Shown here in pieces: positions 23,594-35,471 of a stretch of 64,000 nt of DNA. The notes below the pieces were generated by a model that worked only from the letters and a program-made list of their open reading frames with translations, had not been told where the DNA came from and searched no databases. The DNA comes from Schmidtea nova. Lineage: Eukaryota. Positions within the stretch are counted from its first letter, which is position 1. Each line of letters opens with the position of its first letter. The DNA is taken from positions 1 to 64,000 of the forward strand of contig CM097882.1 of assembly GCA_044892505.1 (NCBI GenBank), given 5' to 3'. The position numbers and the translations under genes are program-made.

Positions 23594-23707
23594 TTATCGT
23601 TACGTTCTATAGTAGCGTTTTGAGAGGTTCACTTTTGGTTATCTTTCCGAAAGTGCCTTTTTGAGGTGATAGTGTATGAAAATACACCTTCATGGAAACA
23701 TGAAGTC
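23594..23707 (+). ncRNA. Putative structured RNA module, copy 1
   Basis: Hairpins CACTTT...AAAGTG, GTGTAT-GAAA-ATACAC and CTTCATG-GAAA-CATGAAG. Confidence 0.5.
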
Positions 23708-23939
23708 GATCGATTATATGAATGACCAATGTCTTCAAAAGTTGATCTTTTATGAGCCTAATTCGTGGCCCGGCCTTGTCTCGTGGATGAAAGGTTTGCC
23801 TATTCCTCATAATATAGGTATGATCGAGGGGCTATTTAGCTCGGGGTGTTTGTAAGAGCCTAAGTAATAAAATCTTCTAGTTCCCCAACTGGTGGTAAAT
23901 ATATACTCAACATTAATTAATGTATATATCTTTATATAA

Positions 23940-24053
23940 TTATCGTTACGTTCTATAGTAGCGTTTTGAGAAGTTCACTTTTGGTATTTAGTCTTAAAGT
24001 GCCTTTTTGAGGTGATAGTGTACTTACGTACACCTTCATGGAAACATGAAGTC
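23940..24053 (+). ncRNA. Putative structured RNA module, copy 2
   Basis: Same hairpins as copy 1, with GTGTAC-TTAC-GTACAC showing a compensatory T-A to C-G change. Confidence 0.5.
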
Positions 24054-24389
24054 AGATGAGCCTAGTAGATGACACCCTCTATCTCTAATAACGAGATACT
24101 GAACTCGGGAGTTAACTTAGGCAAGTCTTATATAATAATATCTAACATGAACGGGTTTTATTCTTTACTAGAGTTCGACCGACATCTTACTTTGGCAATG
24201 TTTTATTCCCTTACTTGATTTAGATCTGACCGACATCTCATCTAGACCCAGTTCTGAGAAAACCTTTATCATTTACTATTATTATCGATCGATATAAGGG
24301 TTGGCTCCCCTAATTAATCAATCTGGTCTCCCAGTTTGAGGTCTGGAAAATGAGGAAGTCGGAAGCTAGATGGTATCTACTTCCAAAAT

Positions 24390-25140
24390 GGTGTTTCTAA
24401 TGTACTGGACATCTGCCGCCTAACAGGTTGGCCTAGTATTTGAAGAACACAGCTTTCTGGTACTCTAATCAGTGCGCGAGAAAGAAATCAAGAATATGGG
24501 TCTTCATGGGGTCTTCCGGTTAACCATTTCTAATGGGACAAAAAACGTATTCTTGGTGGTATAATTAATAATCCCCTTTATAGTCTCTCGAGACACCTGG
24601 GATTATCTTGCAAGTCGGCAAATTAGTTCCGTACCTAGCACGAACTAATTCTATCTGGACCCGAAATAAAATTATTGGTTCTAGAGATGCAGTGATGGAA
24701 GGCTGCAGGTCTCATACATCTGTGACACGACTAGCATCAATCTAGAAAAGGGTTCGGATCAGTTAATTTGATTGTATTGTTAAACCGCAAAGGCCATTGG
24801 CTTGAGAGGTGTGAACTATAATATCCCTTTTAATGTCTTGTGCGTCTCTTTAGAGGCTATCTTCTCACGGGATTCTGGATATTTAGTGTGTTCTTTAGCT
24901 ACAGGAATTAGCTTAGGACTAACAATCAGATTTTTGCCAAAATGTGTCTCTAATGTATCCGACATCTGCCGACGTCTTGTTGGCCGGATATTTGCAGTGA
25001 TACCGCTCTTGGCACATTTAAGTACTGTACAGTACTGCTGGTGCACGAAGAGAAATCGCAATTACGGGCCTCCATGGGGTGCTTCAGGTAACCATATTGT
25101 AGTATGGGACAAAAGACGTATGCGGTGGTGTATTAGTCTG
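24390..25140. repeat. Diverged ~190-bp direct repeat (24390-24580 vs ~24950-25140)
   Basis: Shared TCTAATGTA..GACATCTGCCG, GTAACCATT, ATGGGACAAAA.ACGTA and GGTGGT blocks. Confidence 0.65.
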
Positions 25141-26348
25141 GATTGAAGGGTCTACTGGGCAACTGGAGTGAAAGATTTGACAATTTGAATTAATGCATTT
25201 CTGGTGGGTCAATGTGCTCACCGAGACAGATATTGACAGTCTTGTTGATAGTATTCTTGTGCGGGGAGAAGTCGTAACCATTCCTAGACTCCTAGCTTGG
25301 TATCTAAGGGGTGGGTTGGCTTTTCCCTACTATGATGGCGAGAATCACAGTTGTATCCTCTCGAGGATACTTCTGTATCTGGTCCCGGTCTATCGAAGAA
25401 GAATAGGTTAGTGAAAGGCAACTCTCACTACTTTCGACTCGTCCTCCATTCTTCTAGTCTATTGAGGAGCATCTAGGTGTTCCTTTAATAGAGGGTCTTC
25501 CTCTCAAGGCCCCCGTGAAAGCTAGCAGGGACATTCCCGGACTAAAGCAAGGAGAAAAACCCAACAAGTCTGAAGCTGATCGGCAAACCATAATTTGTTG
25601 GTTTCGGTGCAAAAAATTACCTGAAAGCCATTTTAAAATAGCTAATTCCAGCAAGTTTTAAAAAATGAGTAATAATAACCCGTGATGTATCTCACTCACG
25701 TGCATTATAGGTGAACGGATTCATTGAAACACGGTGTAGAATATGTTTTATTGATTGCAATTTAATTAATTTGAATTACTTGTTGACATTCCTTATCAAT
25801 CCCTATCATATGCAGTCAAATACATATTTCAATTAATTTCTATTATTGATTTCTATTAACAATAATGAAATTTCTTCCGTATTATTAATATTGTATGTGG
25901 AGTTCATTCATCTTTGTAATTGTCTCAATTGCGATCTCACAAGGTTTTGGATATAATTATTTTTATTATAATTCGTCGCCATTTTTCAGTATCTTCTTTG
26001 CATAGTTGTTACATCAATGAAGGGCAAAATGTTCAAAGACTTTGCGAAGCATGCCAAGTAATAATTTGATATTTTTTATTTTATCATTAAGATATTTAAT
26101 CTTCACCTTTGAAATTTTTTTCGATTTCATTTTTTCAGACAATTAATCAAAATAGGAAGTGTTGAAAAGGAAATGAAAATCATATTTTTTATCTTTCGTT
26201 ATTTTATTAAACAGTTATTTCTAATCGAGTTCTAATTTTACAGATTGCTTTAAAAATTATTTGGTTGATTTTCGGTTTTAGAGTCGGTAATTGATAAAAT
26301 TAAAAAATATATTTAAATAATTATATTTTTACAATAAATAATTATTCA

Positions 26349-26648
26349 ATGCATATCATGATAAAGAAAATGCCAGGCAGACCAAAAAATAATACTTTTA
26401 TTGTGTTGCCTAATGTTGTATTAACTAATCGGGACATAAAGAATGAACCGATTTGGACAATATTTACATTGGAACAGCACTTGGCGAATAGGTTTCCGCT
26501 CTACAATGATCGCGCACGAAAACGCTTGGCTATTGTGTGGCTGAATAAACATGAAACTGACTTTAAATTTTTAAAAAAATTTTATCAGTTACCGACTCAA
26601 ACCAAATATTACCAATTTTTTAATAAATTTATTTTAATTGTTAAATAA
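26349..26648 (+). CDS. Orphan 99-aa ORF, possibly a Polinton-like accessory gene
   Basis: Open, protein-like composition, near an ATPase relic. No family recognised. Confidence 0.3.
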   Translation: MHIMIKKMPGRPKNNTFIVLPNVVLTNRDIKNEPIWTIFTLEQHLANRFPLYNDRARKRLAIVWLNKHETDFKFLKKFYQLPTQTKYYQFFNKFILIVK

Positions 26649-27412
26649 AATCAATAAAGAGGAAGTTCATAGGAAATTAAGGATAAATTATATTTCTGCG
26701 TATTAAATTAGTAAAACATAGTAAAAATAAACAGAAACATAAAACATAACAAAACTATTAATACTAACTAAAATTAATACTTAACTAAATATTGTCTTTT
26801 GGTACACCAAATATATCAAATTTTATTCACGGTGCTTATTAAACAAAACATAATATTTTAAACCTACAGAACACAGGATAATACATGAAAACATTTCGCA
26901 TACGTCTAATCTTGTATCGGGGGGTCTTTTCAGCGATGACCATCGGAAATTCTTAAAAAACAAAGGTCAGTGTTTATACCAAATCTTCACTGGAATTCGC
27001 GAAGGGACCTTAATTCAGTTTGTCCAAAATTGACGCTTCAGTTTTCTTTCGCCCATATCCAAAGATTTTGAATGTGTTGGGTGTGTATTTCGAGGTCGGC
27101 AGGATCAACGCGGTGTTCCTCGTGTATAAGAACAGGATACATAAACACTTCATTTACTAACTGCTTTAAGTTTGAGTAGACCGTCGAGAGTAGGACAAAG
27201 TGAGGATTCTTGATCACCACTAAAAAAGCCTAACTATATATTATTATGTAATTTTATACAGAAAACTATATAACTCCTCCGACAAGAAGCGGGGTTATGT
27301 ATTTATAAAAAAATTAAGTAATTATGTATATGATTAAGAATAATTATATAATACTTTTCCAGTTACATAATCATAAAACATTAATACTTTAATTGTAAAT
27401 TAATTAAGTTAA

Positions 27413-27490
27413 ATTAAATTAAAAAACGATACAGTTTATCAAATTGTTGGACCTAGTGGAAGTGGAAAAACAATTTCTAAGCAGGGATGA
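27413..27490 (+). pseudogene. N-terminal relic of a P-loop ATPase, resembling the Polinton A32-like packaging ATPase
   Basis: IKLKNDTVYQIVGPSGSGKT: a Walker A motif at the extreme N-terminus, followed by a stop. Confidence 0.5.
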
Positions 27491-27810
27491 CTCAAAACAG
27501 TTTTTAACCTCGTGCCCTCATTACCCATGGAAACAGATATTAAAAGAAACATATAATTAAAATACAATTCAATTTAAAATAATATTTTTCTTTAAATTCT
27601 TTTAATTTTATTACCAAATTTTACATTTTTTGTCGATTTTATTTAAATTATTTCTTGATATTTTTAGTTAACAAAAAATAAATTTTCAAATAATTACCAA
27701 AATTAGTTAGAAAATCATTATGATCCATGAAAAATGATCCATTGTTTAAAAATAATATAAATTTTTAAAATTTTTAAAATACTTAAATAAGCCTAGTAAA
27801 GACTTAATTA

Positions 27811-28371
27811 ATGAAAAACATCACTCACATAATCTTCGTACTACATATTTTGATAGACTCCCTGTCATATTTAGGCAATAGACATTTATAAAAATAAATA
27901 TGTTAAATTCAATTTATTCAAAATTATTAACTATTATTAAATAAATTTTAATTAAAGTACACATTTAATTTATTAAAAATCAATCTAAAAATAATTTGTA
28001 TTAAATGGTTTACAAAATTATTATTATTTATTTAATTTCACAAAACTAATTTTACTATTCGATTCAATTAATACAATGACATACTCATGATGACATCTAA
28101 ACTATTAAAAAACATTAAAGATACACGTGTTCAATGAATTCTGCCCATTAATTTTTGGATTTAAAGCTCTTATCAACGACGCGTCACATATAATGCGTTC
28201 ATAATAATTATTAAGATTTTTTGATAAGATTTTAAAGTCAGACATAGCAATCTTTCTCTTACAGTCTATTGTGATCACTAATAATATTTTTTCTGAATGC
28301 CTATTACCTGATGATGACAGGGAGTCTTTCGAAATATATAGTACGAAGGTTACTAAAGTGGTGTTTTTCAT
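27811..28371 (-). mobile_element. PLE relic: GIY-YIG C-terminus flanked by inverted pLTR copies with a hammerhead-like motif
   Basis: KILSKNLNNYYERIICDASLIRALNPKINGQ. 27811-27886 is a diverged reverse complement of ~28295-28371. Confidence 0.7.
28305..28343 (+). ncRNA. Putative minimal hammerhead (canonical CUGAUGA core), slightly decayed
   Basis: TAC-CTGATGA-T-GACAG GGAGT CTTTC-GAAA-TATA-TA-GTA; one mismatch in stem II and a 3-bp stem I. Confidence 0.45.
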
Positions 28372-28480
28372 ATAATGAAAGTATAATAATCAAAAAAATA
28401 AAATTCATAATGGGAAATTATTATATTTTCGTTTTTTTTTGATAATTAATTTTTTAAATTATTAAAAATTTTAACATTAA

Positions 28481-28719
28481 CCCATTAAAGCCCAGATTAA
28501 AAAAAATTTTTTTTGCAAAAATAGATTTAATTGGTCATTAAAACGAAGTAAAAATGACCAAAAAAATTTTTGTTTACCTATCTGTAAAGGTAAACTTTAT
28601 AATATCGGTGGTAATCAAATGACGACTGTGGGTCTTAAAGGTAACTAAATAAATTAACATTATGGTCATTCAAATATAAACAATAGAGTCGTCATTTGAC
28701 GACCATGGGTGCTAATGGG
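28481..28719. mobile_element. piggyBac-type MITE (239 bp)
   Basis: TTAA|CCCATTA...TAATGGG|TTAA. Confidence 0.85.
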
Positions 28720-28855
28720 TTAATAATAATTTTATATATAATGGTTTAGAGTTAACGTACTATAAATAACATTTTTACATCTCACATAAGTTGAACTTTT
28801 CTTGCCTTTTGTTTGGCAAAATCATCAACACAATCTTTAATATTAATGCCTAAGG

Positions 28856-29065
28856 TTATTTCATTTTCAATTTACAATGTTGCCAAGTCTGCAAGCTATT
28901 ATTGAGCAAATATTGAGCCATTGTTGAGCAAAGATGAGTTTTGGTTAATTTCTGTTTCGAAAAACTTCTTTCACCACTTGCTACTGTAGTGGTTTCCAAA
29001 CTTTTGATACTGCGACCACATGTGAAAAAATACAAAATTGGCAGCACCCTTATTACATAAAACAA
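28856..29065 (-). mobile_element. hAT transposase C-terminal fragment (ZMYM1-like type)
   Basis: TTVASGERSFSKQKLTKTHLCSTM. Confidence 0.75.
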
Positions 29066-29181
29066 TAAAATAATATAAGCTCATTTTCAAGTTGTAAAGA
29101 GTAAAACAAAACTAATAAAACTAAATTAAAACAAAACTAAACAAAAATTAATAAAAAATTAGTATATATTTATAAAAAATG

Positions 29182-29382
29182 TTAATAAGATGGATGAGCT
29201 TGTTTGTTAGCACAAAGTTTCTCAAGTCGTGGCTTTATTGTTGAAATATCCAACTGAAGTTCCTTTCCCACTACGAAACGATTTCGATATTTCGAATTCA
29301 TAGCAGCTAAAGCAGAAAATCCAGTTTCACATAGATATGATGTTAAGAATGGCAACAGCACTATTATAGCTCTGTCCGACAA
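29182..29382 (-). mobile_element. hAT transposase dimerisation-domain fragment (Buster/Charlie type)
   Basis: LLPFLTSYLCETGFSALAAMNSKYRNR...IKPRLEKLCANKQAHPS. Confidence 0.85.
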
Positions 29383-30077
29383 AGTAAAGCAAAAAACAAA
29401 AAAATGAATACTTATGGACTGAATATTGTAACCAATTTCTATTAATTACTTCATCTTTAATTAATATTTTTTATAGTGATAATTTGAAGATTTTTGATTA
29501 TTGGAATCATGAGAGTAGGAAATGTCAATTTGAACTATAATATATAGAATTTTATTATTACATGAACTAGGATCATCGAAGCCGTACTCTAATGTAAATT
29601 TATCTATACATACATTATTTTGATTCGCTAGGGCATCTATTTCTATAGAAGTTTCTTCATTTTTTAGAATTATACATTCCTCATTTTCATTCATGTGTCA
29701 ATAATTGCATTGCTTTGGGCCAAACTGTAGCCATTCGCATCGCCTTTCCAATTTTTCGACATATATTTCAAAAAGAGCGTCACTTTGTCTAGAATTTTCA
29801 TTTTCTTTCTCACTTTTTCGCTTTCAATTCTCCTGTACTGAAAAGTTGTTCTTTATATTTCCTTCCATTGAGCTAATTTACCAAAAGAAAAACAATTTAA
29901 AGAATAGTTTGTTAATTTTATCAAATAATACTTTTATCTAATTTTTTAAACTTCTTTCACTGACGCAACCACACTGGAAGTAACTTTTTAGTTTTCGTTT
30001 AATTCATGATTAAAAGAAACTTTTAAAAAACATGTAAAATTGAAAAAAAATTATTGTAAAAAAAATATATATAAACA

Positions 30078-30870
30078 GATTCTAGGACTGTTTATCAAAG
30101 GACGGTTCATCAAATGTCTGTTCATCAAAACGAATTTAATTTATATTGTTTATATTATGTTTTTGTTCAAATATATTTTGACTCAACCTAATTTGCATGA
30201 TTTTTAAGAATGATATTGGTAATAATATTATTATATGATGCATGTTTAAATATTGTTTCAAATATATATCAACAAAATCTTATCAACATCAATTTAAAAA
30301 ATAATAATGATATTTATGGTATTATAATAATAAGTATAAATTATAATATATTCTGTTTCAACCTTGAACTATTTTAACTTTAACATATAAAATGTCAGGC
30401 AACTGTATTTATACAAAAACAATGAAACAAATTTCTAGCTTTCTATTTTGTTGTTCTTGGTACGGTTATAGTCCAGGTATAAGTTCCCAAGGGCAAACAC
30501 ATTTCTCGCTGCTTTGTTAATCTCAACTTCAGGCAGTGAATTTTAATTATGGATTTATTTGAGTTTGGCCTGTGCCATCCAAACAAGATGAAACCTCTCA
30601 CTTAAGAATGAACAGCAGGTATTATCATTCTCCGCTTCATTGATTTCAACCACAGTATTTCATTTTTAATCTGAATTAGAACTTATTAGAGTTTGGATTT
30701 TATGTTTGTTTCCAATTAAGATGGAACCTTTCGCTTTTTGAATGCAAAATTTAGAATTAAAAAATAAAAAACAATATTATTTAAATTGGTTTGATGAACA
30801 GTCCTTTGATGAATAGTTCTTGATGAACAGTCCCTTGATGAATTGTCCTTTGATGAACATTCCGTATACC
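30078..30870. mobile_element. Mutator-like non-autonomous element with subterminal TTGATGAACAGTCC repeats
   Basis: Imperfect TIRs (17/24 match), inverted repeat arrays at both ends, and a 9-bp TSD ATATAAACA / AAATAAACA (8/9). Confidence 0.7.
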
Positions 30871-31879
30871 AAATAAACACTTAAATAACTATTTTTTATA
30901 CAATACTTTATTTTTACTTTTATTTAATCAAAACAATTTTTTGTGAATTACTTTATATTTTGTCATTTAAGAATTAAGGAATGACATATTTGTCTATGAG
31001 TTTTAGCAACCAATATGCCTCTAAAATAACGGGTGCCGATATTTTAGGGGTGCATTCACATTTTTTTGAAGAGAAAAAACTCCAATAATTTACGTTTTTA
31101 TTATAATGAATTTAATGAGGTAGGAAAGAAAAAATAAACAAGAAAGAAGAAAGAGCTTGGAAATGAATAAACTTGTGTGACAAGCTGTAAACAGAATAAG
31201 CCTCTTTTTATCCCATTATTGTTTATGGATGGCTTTGAGAAAGATGCTACACACGCAATATATGTGTATGAAGCCAGTGGGAGCTGGTGAGGACTTAAAG
31301 AGTGCACTTATATCTTGACTGTTGCCTGTATACCGGTAGAATGTCACTCGGCGTAAAAATTATAATAGTGGTCGAGGGAAGCCAGTTGTAACTCTGAACT
31401 CAAACAGGGATTTCCTAAGAACTAACAGTTACCTTTGAACTATGGTCGGTAATATATCACCAAGAATATTATATTAAATGGATTTGTATGATGATGTTAA
31501 TGAGGTATTTTAAAGTATGTACTCGATTATATATTAATTTTTATGTAGTTAATAGTATATAAAGTTTGAATTGAATTGATATTATTGAAAAATTGAAAAA
31601 TAATATTATAACCCGTGAAAAATCATGTGTTTTAACGACTTAGTTTAAATTATATCTCTCATAGATTAGGAATTATATTTTATTTATTTTATTATGTTTT
31701 AAAAATATCACGCTACCAACAAACAACAAAAATTTTATATTTTTATTATTATTATTAAATACAAATGATGATGATGATGATGATGATAATAATAATAATA
31801 AATAAATAAATATAAGAACACCATTTATACGCTTAATAGTGATTACATAATCACATGTGCACGATCCAATAAAATTTTT

Positions 31880-33566
31880 ATTTATCCTAGTAAAATTAAT
31901 TAAAAACTCTCAAAATGCATGTAGATATTGCATTTTCTATGTTTATTTTAGGATTAAATGATTTTTTCATCAAAGCCTCACAATTTACACGTTCATAATA
32001 ATTTTTAAAACTCCTAGAAAGTGTTTTAAAATTGGAAATATCAATGCTCTTCTTGCAAGTCTTATTATGCTCAATAATGTTACTCTTTCCGCTCTATCTG
32101 GCATGTTCTTGAACTCGTGTACAGAGATGACGGGTAGTCTCTCCAATGAATGTGTCATTACACCAATTACAAGTAAAACGATATATGAGATCAGAACACA
32201 GACCAACTGGCGTCACAGATTTATTACTGAACATGTCCCGAACTTTGCAAGACTTAGAAATTATTTTAACATTAGTATTTCCAATATATTTTATAATAGA
32301 TTTTTTAAAATTTACAAATCCCTCAGAAAACGGTAAAACTATAACAGAACCAATGCTATCATTCAAGTTACTTTTATTTATTTCATTATTATTATTACAT
32401 CAACACTATCGTTCATTCCCATAACAACATCACCTGTTTCAATCAAAGGAGCGCTATCAGGGGTATTAAACGGATCAACACCAGGAAAAAAATTTTCATC
32501 AATCACATTCAACTTATTAATACACTTATCAACAGTTTCACTCACCATTCGTTGCAAGAAACATTTTGAATATCCATTATTCTGTAGTAATTTAAGTAAT
32601 TTATCAATACTATTTATAGATTTACAATTAGTTGACGGCAATGTCCAAGAACGATAAACCAATCCCCTTATCATATTTCTTTTATATTTAAAATCACAAA
32701 AGCTTTCCGGCGATGTATACAAACTAGTATCTGTTGTTTTCCTATAAATTTCAGTTTCAAAATGTTTCTCTTTTCAATCAACAAATCAAGAAATGATATT
32801 TTAGAATTACTTTCTTCTTCAAAAATAAATTTAATATTTTTATGCAAATTATTCATATAATACAAAAAAGGCTTGACCTGTTCTTTATTCTTAAATACAA
32901 GAAAAATATCATCAACATAACGTTTATATACTAAGGGTTTATTCACACTACAATTTATAAATTTATTTTCTAAACTTGACATAAAAATAGATGCCAGTGT
33001 AGGAGCTAAAGGTGAGCCCATGGCAACACCATCAATTTGCTTATACCATTGATTATCAAAGATAAAATGGACATTAGAAGTAGCAAATGTCAAAAGTTTA
33101 CGAAAAGCAACAACATCAATAATATTATGAAGTGAAGTGTTAACACTCCATAAATTGCAACAAATATCAATCGTTTCTATTAAAGAAACATTTGTAAAAA
33201 GGCTAACCACATCAAACGAAACCATAAAGTTATCATTCCCACTCTTTTAAATTTACTATAAAAGAGGCAAGCTCAAAGCTATCTTTACATTCATATTCAG
33301 TCTTAATCAAGGGTTTCAACAAACTATCTAAAGACTTAGCAACCTTATATTGTGAAGTTTGAATCATTGACAATACAGGTCTCTTAGGTGAATTATCTTT
33401 TTGTACTTTTGGAGGACCATATAATTTAGCAGGTTGGGATCCCCGAGTCCAAATTGAATTACCAATATCCTTATCTATATGGTTATTTAAAATTAAATCA
33501 TGAAGTAGAGATATTAATATTGTTTCATCTTTTAAAGGTGGTAATTTGCAATTGTAACGAAAACTG
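31880..33566 (-). mobile_element. Penelope-like element 1 (RT + GIY-YIG), frameshifted
   Basis: KLYGPPKVQK..RPVLS, SFDVVSLFTNV, GVAMGSPLAP, YKRYVDDIF, NNGYS, LIYRFTCNWCNDTFIGETTRHLCTRVQEH. Confidence 0.92.
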
Positions 33567-34719
33567 ACAGTTTCTTATGGCTCTTTTTCTTTCTCCTATT
33601 AGTAATGCGATTTTGCGTTGAAGTGGAACGTGGCTTTTCCATGGGAGGATATGACCGCTATGTAAACTTTTAGAATATAGCTCGGTGTTTGCATTTAGTG
33701 TATCTTGGGCTTTTGTGAAACTTACTATGGTATCTAAAAACGGTATTTTACCTTCTGTGTTCGGTGTTTCAAAAGTGAATTGTATGTTGGTATTAGTAGA
33801 ATTTGCGTGTGGTAGGATTTGATTGAGAGGGATTATGGAGACTATGAAGATGTCGTCGATGTATCGTTTCCAGAAAAGTATTTTGTCCCCAAAAAAAGAA
33901 ACTGTTCAGACGCAAACAAAATACAAGAAACATTAGAAAACTTCAAAATACGATTCCTCCAAAATGGATACCCTGAAGAATTTGTAAAGAAACACTTCCT
34001 TAACGAAACATACCACAATAAACGCAACAATAGGAAACGCCAGAAACACAATAACAATAACAAACACACAACATATCTAAGATTACCTTTCCTAAATGAC
34101 ACTACAGCCAACAAAATCACCAACATTTTTAATCAAACAGATTTGCCTATCCACATCCGTCCAACGTTCATAACCTCCGCACCGTTAAAATCACAACTCC
34201 GAAAGCCACCAATTTCCAACATCTCCAAACATAAATATCTTTGCCGTTCCACAACCCGATGCTTTTGCTTTTCCAAAAATATAGTATATAAACTTTCTTG
34301 CCAAAAATGTGACGCTACTTACATAGGAGAAACACATAGAACTTTTCGCACCCGACTTAATGAACACACTAAAATCAAAACCAGTAATTATTACGAACAC
34401 TGGGAGAAAGTTCATAAAACAACTCCATCTATTGAAGAAACAAAATGCCAGATTTTACAAGAGGGATTCAAAAATTCATTACAAAGATTAGCTTCCGAGA
34501 CTTTTTACATAAAAAAATACAAACCGTCCATCAACATTCAATTCGCACAAAAAAATTAAAATAAATTTTTTCATCCAATAAAATCATTATAAAATATTAA
34601 AAAAATAATTAATGCTACTATTTAGGATTAAGTAAATATAACGATAGAAATACACACTTGATAAAGGCTGTGCCGAAATATTGTGTTATTGTTTATAAAA
34701 AAAAATTTTGATCTATAGT
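33567..34719 (+). mobile_element. Penelope-like element 2 with an inverted 5' part (33567-33896 on -; 33897-34719 on +)
   Basis: The minus part reads FWKRYIDDIF...IPFLD...RAIRNC. The plus part reads RNCSDANK...NGYP...NIVYKLSCQKCDATYIGETHRTFRTRLNEH...KPSINIQ, followed by the 3' UTR. AGAAACTGT is shared at both junctions. Confidence 0.9.
34654..34686 (+). ncRNA. Putative minimal hammerhead ribozyme (U3:A8 variant) in the PLE 3' UTR/pLTR
   Basis: ACAC-TTGATAA-A-GGC TGT GCC-GAAA-TA-T-T-GTGT, ~95 nt downstream of the GIY-YIG stop, in sense orientation. Confidence 0.65.
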
Positions 34720-34969
34720 NNNNNNNNNNNNNNNNNNNNNNNNNNNNNNNNNNNNNNNNNNNNNNNNNNNNNNNNNNNNNNNNNNNNNNNNNNNNNNNNN
34801 NNNNNNNNNNNNNNNNNNNNNNNNNNNNNNNNNNNNNNNNNNNNNNNNNNNNNNNNNNNNNNNNNNNNNNNNNNNNNNNNNNNNNNNNNNNNNNNNNNNN
34901 NNNNNNNNNNNNNNNNNNNNNNNNNNNNNNNNNNNNNNNNNNNNNNNNNNNNNNNNNNNNNNNNNNNNN
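34720..34969. other. Assembly gap (250 N)
   Basis: Run of N, beginning inside the foldback repeat. Confidence 1.
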
Positions 34970-35471
34970 GATTTATTTAATAATAAATATTTACAATAAA
35001 AATGTTAAGTACAATATGGTGAAACTAAAATATATTGTATTTAAAAATTATAATTTAAAAAAATGATTTTTCTGAAATGCAATAAATTATACTTAAAATT
35101 GATTTTCCTGAAATTTTAATAAAAAATATAATAAATTAATAATTGCCTAATATCTAATATATCTTCTAATATAATAATTTCTATGTAACGATATATGTCT
35201 ATAACGCTGTATTGATTCATAAATCAATACCAATAGTCTTAGTCATAATTTTTACATAGAAATTATTATATTATATTATTAGTATTATTATTAAATCGAG
35301 TATATTAATTAATATATCAATAAAAGCCAATTAAAAGGGAATTAGATAATACTGTTCATTTTTTTTCATTTACATAAATGTTATGACATTTATCAGGAAA
35401 TTATACAAATATTATCTTTCTACAGTAAACACAAAAAACGGAAATAAATCTTTTCGCTATTATAATTAAAA

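Noticed and set aside
21900-25700. rRNA or tRNA genes near the R2 element
   Set aside because: No 28S target motif or other rRNA/tRNA signature recognised anywhere in the window.
31850-31900. Possible hammerhead in the 3' UTR of PLE1 (CTAGGA-AATAAAATTTTATT-GGAT on -)
   Set aside because: Both core segments deviate from consensus without compensation; not supportable.
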